From positions 4,512,001 to 4,576,000 of the forward strand of contig CBDCJV010000002.1 in NCBI GenBank assembly GCA_965217895.1: 64,000 nucleotides of DNA. The letters are read 5' to 3'. Position numbers and translations under genes: made by a program. The notes beneath the pieces are model-generated. The model was given only the letters and a program-made list of their open reading frames with translations. It was not told the origin of the DNA and ran no database searches. Source of the DNA: Waterburya sp. Lineage in GTDB: Bacteria > Cyanobacteriota > Cyanobacteriia > Cyanobacteriales > Xenococcaceae. This document shows positions 56,370-64,000 of this stretch, in pieces (positions within the stretch are counted from its first letter, which is position 1; each line of letters starts with the position of its first letter).

Positions 56370-56546
56370 TCATACCAATTCTCAAGACGAGCGTGGAATA
56401 GCGATGTGACCCCGCGGATTTTTAATCCGCAAAATGAAGGCTTAAGCCGTATGTACGCGCATCAAGACAAGCTCCCTAAACGGGAGCATTTCCGCTCGTC
56501 TTAAACCCACGCGAAGCGCGTTCCACACCGTAGTCAATTAAAAAGC

Positions 56547-57083
56547 TTATTCTCTCATCCTTTTAAGCTTTTTGTCACCCCGTGAGGGGCTTTGCAGAAT
56601 AATAATTTGCTTGCTGTCTTGATATTCTGCTAGCTTTTCTACGATTTTGTGACGATGTAGCTTAGGAAAGTTCCAAACATATTGCAAAAATTCCCAGTTT
56701 AATCTTTCAGGACAACCAGCAGCCATATCTGGTCTTACCTTGTTAGGATACTCTAAATATCGTCTTATAACTCGCCACAAACATAAATAACGATTGAAAT
56801 CTAGCCAAATAATAGTGTCTGACGCAGTTAAACGAATATCCATTGTATTGTAATAATTACCATCAATAATCCAGCTATTCGCTTTAATTAATTCTTGCTG
56901 TATTTTTTGCCATTTGTTTTGATTGGTTTCTTGCCATCCTGATTGCCAATAATAAACATCCAAATGAATAACTGGCAAATTAAGCTGTTTTCCTAAATTT
57001 CTTGCCAAGGTAGATTTACCTGCACCACAAGAACCAATTATCAATATACGTTCTTGATTAGACTTTTGAAAAGCAACCATCAC
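56547..57083 (-). CDS. DNA topology modulation protein (FlaR-like P-loop)
   Basis: GSCGAGKST, WIIDGNY, RPDMAAGCPE. Confidence 0.85.
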   Translation of the reverse strand: MMVAFQKSNQERILIIGSCGAGKSTLARNLGKQLNLPVIHLDVYYWQSGWQETNQNKWQKIQQELIKANSWIIDGNYYNTMDIRLTASDTIIWLDFNRYLCLWRVIRRYLEYPNKVRPDMAAGCPERLNWEFLQYVWNFPKLHRHKIVEKLAEYQDSKQIIILQSPSRGDKKLKRMRE

Positions 57084-57096
57084 TTTTAATCGAAAG

Positions 57097-57549
57097 TTAA
57101 ACTAATTTTGAGCGCAAAATTTGGTCTACCTGTAGTCGCTTTGCTTGAGGAACCCAAATTTTCCATCTTTTGTACCACCAATTCCGACGTTTAAACTTTA
57201 ACAATAACTCTTCAGAACTTTTCCATTCATAGGACTGAATTAGTGACCAGCGAATGAGATAACCATAGGTCATAATTCCATTTTCTCGCACCTCTTCAGG
57301 ACAAAAAAGATCTATTAAGTAACTTGAAGCTAAACCTACAGAACCGCCACTAATTAAAGGACTCTGAATATAAAGACCTAAAATAATTAGAATGGTGCTT
57401 AATCCAATCAGCATAAACCGCCGAAACCTAGACATTGGTATGACTAAGAGTTGTTCTCCCGCTTGACGATACTGTTGCTTTAATAATGTAACAAAGATCG
57501 CGAAAAGTAAGATTGGCAGAATTAATGCAGCAGCTAGCTTAATCAACAT
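57097..57549 (-). CDS. Membrane protein (DUF5673-like)
   Basis: TM helices, then ENGI...IRWSLIQSYEW. Confidence 0.6.
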   Translation of the reverse strand: MLIKLAAALILPILLFAIFVTLLKQQYRQAGEQLLVIPMSRFRRFMLIGLSTILIILGLYIQSPLISGGSVGLASSYLIDLFCPEEVRENGIMTYGYLIRWSLIQSYEWKSSEELLLKFKRRNWWYKRWKIWVPQAKRLQVDQILRSKLV

Positions 57550-57806
57550 GGCTTTTTACCTTTAAATGTTATTTATTAGCTTTTATAAGTCAGTTTTTTT
57601 AAACTAATTTATCACCTCACCTTTAAAAAAATCAGTCTAAACTATTGCTCAGTGAAATGTTATTTATTGCTTTTAAATCATATTTTTTTTAAAAAAACAT
57701 CTAAATATTGACACAAAGAGTACTTTAAATTAAGGTTAATTTATGCATAAGATACTTAATCTTATGATATTTCTTGTATGTATAATTACTGATTATTTAT
57801 AATAAA

Positions 57807-58490
57807 ATGAATATATTTGATTATTCAATTATTAGCTTTTTAAATCAATTTGCTCAACGATCGGTAGAGTTGGATGAACTAGTGTTACTTATTAGTGACA
57901 ATGTGCTGCTAAAAGGCGTTTTCATTCTTGCTTTATTTTGCTATGCCTGGTTTAAGGAAGATAGCCGTAAGATCGTCAAAAAAAATCGTGAACATATTTT
58001 GATCACAATTTTGGCTAGTGTAGCGGGAATTTTTGGTGCAAGACTGCTAGTTTTGTCGCTTCCTTTCCGATTAAGACCTTTACACAATCCTGAAATAGCA
58101 CTGGAATTTCCTCTAAAAAGAGAATTTCTGGAAGGATGGAGTTCTTTCCCCAGCGATCATGCTATTTTATTTTTTACCTTAGCTACGGGTTTATTTTTTG
58201 TCTCGCGTATTTTAGGCACAATTGCGATCGCTCACGCCATCTTCGTTATTTCTCTTCCGAGAATTTATCTCGGATTGCATTATCCAACTGATATTCTGGC
58301 AGGAGCTTTGATCGGCATCGGCGTAGCACTTTTAGTCAACAGAAGAAGAATCAGCAACACAATCGCTAAACTGCCGATGCGCTTATTAGACAAGAATCCT
58401 AGCTTGTTCTATAGCTGCTTCTTTGTTGGAGTCTTTGAAATTGCCGAAATGTTTAATAGTTTGCGAAACATAGCCAGGGTTGTCTTCTAG
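57807..58490 (+). CDS. PAP2-family phosphatase
   Basis: SFPSDHA, RIYLGLHYPTDI. Confidence 0.9.
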   Translation: MNIFDYSIISFLNQFAQRSVELDELVLLISDNVLLKGVFILALFCYAWFKEDSRKIVKKNREHILITILASVAGIFGARLLVLSLPFRLRPLHNPEIALEFPLKREFLEGWSSFPSDHAILFFTLATGLFFVSRILGTIAIAHAIFVISLPRIYLGLHYPTDILAGALIGIGVALLVNRRRISNTIAKLPMRLLDKNPSLFYSCFFVGVFEIAEMFNSLRNIARVVF

Positions 58491-58540
58491 CTCTTCTCTA
58501 GCTTTGCTTAAAATTAGGTAGAAGAATAAATGTAGAGTAT

Positions 58541-58993
58541 TTATCTTGAAGAGTCTAAATAACTAAAACTCCAACCGTGTTGCTCAAAACCCAAAGATTC
58601 ATAGAATTTGTGAGTGCGATCGCGTTTTAGATTAGAAGAAAGAGTGACTTTATAGCATCCTGCATCAAAACTAATTTCTAAAGCTTTTTGCATCATTTGT
58701 TTGCCAAAACCTTTTTGCCGATATGCAGTAGAAATAGTAACAGAATCGAGGATAGCCGCTCTATGAAAACCTTGGTGCATCATGGTTGGCATAAATAATA
58801 AGCTAAAAGTGCCTATCTCCTTATTTTCCAAACAAGCCAGATAAATATAATAATTTGGAACTTGCTCTATTTGATTCCAAATAGCTGTTATTTCTGCCTC
58901 AGACATCAACGGTTTTCCATCCATGTCAGCATAAAAACGATTGAGAATTGGTAAATCTTGTTTTGTTGCCAGGCGAATCTTAATCTCTTTCAT
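58541..58993 (-). CDS. GNAT acetyltransferase
   Basis: YRQKGFGK, FYESLGF. Confidence 0.9.
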   Translation of the reverse strand: MKEIKIRLATKQDLPILNRFYADMDGKPLMSEAEITAIWNQIEQVPNYYIYLACLENKEIGTFSLLFMPTMMHQGFHRAAILDSVTISTAYRQKGFGKQMMQKALEISFDAGCYKVTLSSNLKRDRTHKFYESLGFEQHGWSFSYLDSSR

Positions 58994-59116
58994 TTTTAAT
59001 CATCGTTAAATATAAAAAAGCGTAAAACTCGGCTTCGTCACAAAAACCGAGTCTCTTACAATTTTTAGCCATTCAATTAAATTCAGTAATTTCTGAATAA
59101 CTAATCTATTTCAGAT

Positions 59117-59470
59117 TTAATCTGCTGATTTAGCTACTTCAACAACTTTTTCAAAAGCTTGAGGATCGACCATTGCTAACTGTGCCAACATTTTGCGATT
59201 TAAACCTACCTCAGCTTTCTTTAGCTGATGAGTAAACTTGCTGTAGCTTAAGCCGTGCATTCTGGCTGCTGCATTGATGCGGGTAATCCAAAGACGACGA
59301 AAATCACGTTTGCGTTTACGGCGATCGCGATAGGCATTACGCAATGCCTTCATTACCTGCTGATTGGCAATACGAAATAGCTTGGAATGTGAACCACGGA
59401 AGCCTTTTGCTAGCTTTAATATTTTCTTGCGACGTTTGCGGGCAACATTGCCCCGTTTGACTCTACTCAT
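59117..59470 (-). CDS. rplT: 50S ribosomal protein L20
   Basis: MSRVKRG...[12 protein letters not shown]. Confidence 0.98.
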   Translation of the reverse strand: MSRVKRGNVARKRRKKILKLAKGFRGSHSKLFRIANQQVMKALRNAYRDRRKRKRDFRRLWITRINAAARMHGLSYSKFTHQLKKAEVGLNRKMLAQLAMVDPQAFEKVVEVAKSAD

Positions 59471-59562
59471 AATTAATCTTTAGAACTTAGAACTTGTTTG
59501 ATGGGCGTTAACAACTAAATTTAGTAGTAACTTTTAGTTAAAAAAGACAGTATTAGCCTAAA

Positions 59563-59766
59563 TTAGCTATAGGGCATCATTGTGCGTACTGCTTTTTCGT
59601 CAGTCTCATGTACCACAGTCATGCTAGATAAACGACGGCGAGTACGTTCTTTGCTTTTACGTTCTAATAAGTGATTTTTGAACGCCTTGCGACGCATGAT
59701 TTTCTTGCCACTGCCAGTAATACGAAAACGCTTGGCAGCGGATTTTTTAGTTTTTAACTTAGGCAT
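59563..59766 (-). CDS. rpmI: 50S ribosomal protein L35
   Basis: [14 protein letters not shown]. Confidence 0.98.
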   Translation of the reverse strand: MPKLKTKKSAAKRFRITGSGKKIMRRKAFKNHLLERKSKERTRRRLSSMTVVHETDEKAVRTMMPYS

Positions 59767-59983
59767 TGGCTACTAATAATTAGACACAATTTACAATTAT
59801 ACTATTCAGCTAATGTCAATTACAAATTTTTTAAAAGCTATAGGCATCGAAACCCCGCGTCGCCGTTAGGCGCAAGGGAATGCTCGACAAGACAGCTATA
59901 AGCTTTATGAAGACTAAAAATATTATTGCTGGCAAAAATTCTAATAATAAAAATATTAATTGAACGCGATGACGCGATTTACA

Positions 59984-60271
59984 TTAAGAAGCAGGAATAG
60001 TCCGTATAATTAAGGTAGTGATACTAGTAGTAACTGCAACAATGATCGGAACAATTAAAGATTTTGCTCCTATAAGACTAGATACGTCTGAAGTTAAAGT
60101 TTTTTGCTTGTCTTTTAGTTCTTTTACTGTCTCATCAATATTATTTACTTTTACTTTGATTTCAGCTTGACCTACCTTAAGATTACTAACTTCTTCTAGT
60201 AGCTTCTTTTGGTCGGATCTAATATCTTTTAATATTTCTGCTAAATCAGTTTCTATAGTTGGGTTGCTCAT
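59984..60271 (-). CDS. Small coiled-coil protein with C-terminal hydrophobic segment
   Basis: IETDLAEILK...LKVGQAEI followed by a hydrophobic tail. Confidence 0.65.
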   Translation of the reverse strand: MSNPTIETDLAEILKDIRSDQKKLLEEVSNLKVGQAEIKVKVNNIDETVKELKDKQKTLTSDVSSLIGAKSLIVPIIVAVTTSITTLIIRTIPAS

Positions 60272-60589
60272 TTATTTAGCATTTTTATTGTTATTTTAAA
60301 CTAAATTTATTGAAGAGCGATCTAATATTAGGTTCGGATGAAGAGTTAAATTTAGGTAGGTAAAGTAGCAAGTAGCGCGTTCTGGAGAACGCCGACATCG
60401 CTTCGCGATGGCGACACGCTCCAGCGTGTGCAGATAGCAAGTTTTTTAGACCCAGTTTTAATTATTTCATGGATACATATTGTATTAAAGCAATTATCCG
60501 AACTTGATCTAAAAGCGATCGCACAATCTCGCTGGCACAAAAGACAAGTCGCTTCACTGCTCTAACTGTCCTAACTGCCCTAACTGTTG

Positions 60590-61411
60590 TTAGCGATTTA
60601 ATGCCGACAGAAGTGCCTGCTGTCCTACTTTTTGATATACTTCAGCTAAATATTGTTGAACTGCTTCAGCATCGGCAGGAGGTAAAGGCATTTTGCCTAA
60701 AATATCTAAAGCTGTTTTTTGTTCTGTGGGTGGCGCGATCGCCACTAAACTTGATTCTAAGGGTTCTTCATATTGCCAAAAGCCCTTAACAACAGCAGAT
60801 GCGTCTTTTTCTGTATTGGTGAGCGAGCTAATTACCTTGGCTGATTCTGATTGCGCCGAGGGATTTATCCTAGCTGCTTTTTGACTACGTAGCTGACGCA
60901 AACGCTCAATAATTTGGTTTTTAGTGCGTCCTCGCAATTGAAAAATAATAAACGGATCTTCACTAAAGCGATCGCCCAATTGATAGTAAACTGCTGCAAT
61001 ATGCTTACAGGGATTGGCTTTGTCGGGACAGCTACAGCGAGAGCGAACTTCGTTAAGGGTAAAAGGAAATAGGCTTAATCCGCCAGCCGTAAATACAGCC
61101 TCAATAGTCTCTGGCATTTCCCCTGCTAGTAGCTGCGCTGAAAAAATTGCCTTCTCAGACATTTTTGAGATTACGTAATCCCAGTCTTCATTACTAAAAG
61201 ACTGTAAGGATAAAGATACTTTATAGGGTTCGGCATCACTACCCTGTACCGTAGCTTTAGCACGAGAGTCATTAAAGTCCATGCTTAGAACATTACCCTC
61301 CCTAGCATAGCTTCTTCCTCTTTCCAGGCGTTTTTTGAAGCGATAGGAACTAAGTAGCTCCAACCATCGCTCCACCCACCATTCTTGCTTTTCTACTTCA
61401 AAGTTGGTCAT
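60590..61411 (-). CDS. SWIM zinc-finger protein
   Basis: RLERGRSYAR, CSCPDKANPCKH. Confidence 0.9.
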   Translation of the reverse strand: MTNFEVEKQEWWVERWLELLSSYRFKKRLERGRSYAREGNVLSMDFNDSRAKATVQGSDAEPYKVSLSLQSFSNEDWDYVISKMSEKAIFSAQLLAGEMPETIEAVFTAGGLSLFPFTLNEVRSRCSCPDKANPCKHIAAVYYQLGDRFSEDPFIIFQLRGRTKNQIIERLRQLRSQKAARINPSAQSESAKVISSLTNTEKDASAVVKGFWQYEEPLESSLVAIAPPTEQKTALDILGKMPLPPADAEAVQQYLAEVYQKVGQQALLSALNR

Positions 61412-61416
61412 TTTTT

Positions 61417-61449
61417 TAGCTCTTAGCTCTTAGCTCTTAGCTCTTAGCT
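61417..61449. repeat. Heptamer tandem repeat (TAGCTCT)n, STRR-type
   Basis: About 4.5 copies; similar array near 22164-22190. Confidence 0.85.
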
Positions 61450-61510
61450 TCAGGAAAAAGCCAGTTACTATTTGCCAAATCATCATCTATCATTCTCTAA
61501 CAAAAAAGAA

Positions 61511-62344
61511 CTAATTTCTAGCTTTATAAAACGTTTCTAAGCTATCGCGATCGCCAACAAAACGCCAGTGCCAAGGTTCATAATTAACGCCTTGTTTATT
61601 ATTAAGCGGAAAAGATAGTTCAAAACTATATTTCAAAGCATTTTGTTTCAACCAGCGAAAAGCAGCAGTATTCACAAATGTTTCTTCTACGTTAGTCGCC
61701 GGGGCGTTGCCGTCGCCAATATCGAGGGCGTAACCTGTATGATGCTCACTATAGCCAGGAGGCGCGCTAACTTCGGCTCTGGTAGTAGCATTCTGTACTC
61801 TTTGCTCTTTAACTTTAAAGAACAGCTTTTCTTGCTCCTTTGCATTCCGAAAAGCGGAAATGGCAACCAAATTTACACCATCGGCTTTGGCAGCAGTCTG
61901 CATTTGCTGAAATTTAGCAGCAGCAGCAGGGCGCAACTTTAACCTACCGTCAACGGTAATTGGTACTAATTCGGATTCTGGAGCAACGTCATAGGGTAAA
62001 TGCCCTAATAAAGTTTCCTGACCAGGTTTTGCTGTTGTCAAAGTTTCCAAGGAATTTTGTAGCTCTGGTTGCTTATTTTTGGGTGAGATACCTTTTGCAA
62101 CAGGGGTTGATTGTTGCTCACTGTTTTTGACTTTAGGCGTTGATGATGATGGTTCAATAACAGGCTGTTGAACCGCCGTTTGAGTAGATTTATTGCTTAG
62201 AGAAATTAGAAACATTGATAATAACCCCGCCAATCCCAGGCAGGTAATCACCCCAAGAATTAAGGGTAAAGATAAAACAAAATTTGCTTTTTTAGGGAGA
62301 TCGTTCTCTTCTCTTATAGCCTCTGGAATTTCGATTTCATCCAT
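61511..62344 (-). CDS. D-alanyl-D-alanine carboxypeptidase (M15/VanY-like)
   Basis: SEHHTGYALD, EPWHWR. Confidence 0.92.
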   Translation of the reverse strand: MDEIEIPEAIREENDLPKKANFVLSLPLILGVITCLGLAGLLSMFLISLSNKSTQTAVQQPVIEPSSSTPKVKNSEQQSTPVAKGISPKNKQPELQNSLETLTTAKPGQETLLGHLPYDVAPESELVPITVDGRLKLRPAAAAKFQQMQTAAKADGVNLVAISAFRNAKEQEKLFFKVKEQRVQNATTRAEVSAPPGYSEHHTGYALDIGDGNAPATNVEETFVNTAAFRWLKQNALKYSFELSFPLNNKQGVNYEPWHWRFVGDRDSLETFYKARN

Positions 62345-62366
62345 AATTTGTTCAACAACTATTGTT

Positions 62367-63773
62367 TTATTTGCTAGTTATTGGTTTTTGGGCAACGTTA
62401 TCCTGTTGAGCAGCTTGGTAAACTGCCTGAGCCACTGCTTTTGATACTTTAGGGTTAAACACAGAAGGAATAATGTGTTCACGATCTAGCTCGGTATCCT
62501 CAACTAAAGCAGCGATCGCTTTGGCAGCTTCTAGATACATATTGCTAGTAATTGCCGAAGCCCGACAATCTAATGCGCCACGAAAAACTCCAGGAAAGGC
62601 TAACACATTATTGATCTGATTTGGGTAATCGCTACGCCCTGTTGCCATTACTGCCACGCTGTCGTAGACTAATTCAGGCTGAATTTCGGGAATAGGATTT
62701 GCCATCGCAAAGACAATCGGCTGTTCTGCCATTGTCTGCACCATTTCTGGAGTAATAACCCCTGGCGCACTTACCCCCAAAAAGATATCGGCATCTTGCA
62801 TAGCATCGACCAATTTACCACTATCTTTCACAGCAAATTCTTGCTTGTTAGAGTTTAAATCCTGGCGTTCGGAGGAAATAATGCCTTTTGAGTCGCAAAT
62901 CACAATTTTACTTGCCCCTGCTTGACGTAGCAACAGAGCGATCGCAATTCCTGCTGCCCCTGCACCATTAATCACAATCTTAACCTCGGCTAAATCTTTA
63001 CCGACTAATTTAAGCGCATTATATAAGGCTGCCAAAACCACAATAGCCGTACCGTGCTGATCGTCGTGAAAGACAGGAATATCAAGCTCTTGTCTTAATC
63101 TATGTTCAATTTCAAAACAACGGGGGGCAGCAATATCTTCTAAATTTATGCCTCCAAACACAGGGGCAATCTGTTTCACAGCCTTAATAATTTCTTCCGT
63201 ATCTTGGGTATCTAAGGCAATGGGAAAAGCATCAAGCCCAGCGAATTCTTTAAACAATAGAGCTTTGCCTTCCATGACGGGGAGTGATGCCCCTGCACCC
63301 AAGTTACCCAACCCTAAAACAGCACTGCCATCAGTAACCACGGCAACTGTATTACTTTTGATGGTTAGTTCATAAACTTTTTCAGGAGATTCGGCGATCG
63401 CTCGGCAGATTCTGCCCACTCCTGGAGTATAGGCCATAGCTAAATCTGACTGAGATTTAAGAGGCAACTTACTTTCAACCCTGATTTTGCCTCCCTGATG
63501 GATCGAAAAAGTGCGATCGCTAAAGCTAATAACTTTAACTTTAGGCAAATTTTTAATTGCCTCAATGATTTTGTCCCCTTGTTCGGTACTAGAAGCATCA
63601 ATCGTTAATTCTCGTTGAGTATATTTGAGATTGCGTTGCAGCAGCACAATATCTCCCAGACTACCGCCATGGTTAGCGATCGTACTCATAATCGAGGCTA
63701 ATGCACCAGGACGATTGGGAATTTCGATCTCGATCTTCAGGCTAAAGCTAGCACTAGGATATAAATCTACCAT
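62367..63773 (-). CDS. Malic enzyme with N-terminal ACT domain
   Basis: AYTPGV, INLEDI, FHDDQHGT, GAGAAG. Confidence 0.93.
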   Translation of the reverse strand: MVDLYPSASFSLKIEIEIPNRPGALASIMSTIANHGGSLGDIVLLQRNLKYTQRELTIDASSTEQGDKIIEAIKNLPKVKVISFSDRTFSIHQGGKIRVESKLPLKSQSDLAMAYTPGVGRICRAIAESPEKVYELTIKSNTVAVVTDGSAVLGLGNLGAGASLPVMEGKALLFKEFAGLDAFPIALDTQDTEEIIKAVKQIAPVFGGINLEDIAAPRCFEIEHRLRQELDIPVFHDDQHGTAIVVLAALYNALKLVGKDLAEVKIVINGAGAAGIAIALLLRQAGASKIVICDSKGIISSERQDLNSNKQEFAVKDSGKLVDAMQDADIFLGVSAPGVITPEMVQTMAEQPIVFAMANPIPEIQPELVYDSVAVMATGRSDYPNQINNVLAFPGVFRGALDCRASAITSNMYLEAAKAIAALVEDTELDREHIIPSVFNPKVSKAVAQAVYQAAQQDNVAQKPITSK

Positions 63774-63846
63774 TGTTTAGAATATATGTATTGCAGAATA
63801 AATTATTGTAAAACGTTTTCTGTTTCCAAAACTGTCAATTCATTTA

Positions 63847-63873
63847 GTAGGGGCGAAGGCCGTTCGCCCCTAC
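63847..63873. repeat. GTAG-type REP-like palindrome
   Basis: GTAGGGGCGAAGGCCGTTCGCCCCTAC. Confidence 0.7.
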
Positions 63874-63999
63874 TCATTTCGGCTGGGACTTTTGCAACAA
63901 AACTCGATATACGGGCAAATTTTTCTCCTGCACATATAACTCTCTTTCCGTGGGGACAGGTAAGGGATTAGTATCTAGCCAGACTGCTGTATGCTGTTG
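63874..63999 (-). CDS. trmB: tRNA (guanine-N7)-methyltransferase, 3' end only
   Basis: [26 protein letters not shown]...*. Confidence 0.75.
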   Translation of the reverse strand, partial: QQHTAVWLDTNPLPVPTERELYVQEKNLPVYRVLLQKSQPK

Positions 64000-64000
64000 A

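Overview
AT-rich cyanobacterial chromosome segment (frequent HIP1 GCGATCGC sites and cyanobacterial gene content). Three zones. (1) 1-12.7 kb: a decayed plasmid/ICE-like island with a frameshifted primase-helicase, a broken HTH-pentapeptide gene, IS982/IS1/IS5 copies, a group II intron with a nonsense mutation in its RT, and a minus-strand cluster (DUF6876, Gp157, SWIM) whose genes share a leader motif. (2) 12.8-26.8 kb and 42.6-64 kb: ordinary genes, including amino-acid ABC and DAACS transporters, a Na+/H+ antiporter, pstCAB, phosphoketolase, thiC with TPP riboswitch, a TetR cluster, sodX, a sulfatase, rpmI-rplT, malic enzyme and the end of trmB. (3) 26.9-42.5 kb: a rearranged island holding a glgP stub, a 9.5-kb frame for a giant adhesin-like protein truncated at both ends (beta-propeller-like, degenerate hydrolase, NucA-type nuclease, HEXXH protease motif, 8 PKD, Calx-beta), IS630 copies, a truncated Tn3 and a truncated restriction enzyme. 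The top observation is a complete pentapeptide-repeat gene with its own RBS, encoded antisense and codon-in-register inside the giant ORF just after the nuclease domain. All 14 of its Leu codons avoid TTA/CTA, which keeps the giant frame open. It is a candidate nested nuclease/inhibitor module; that function is a hypothesis. Second theme: 21-51-nt GC-rich hairpin inserts that repeatedly interrupt transposase genes. All family calls come from reading the sequence, not from database searches.
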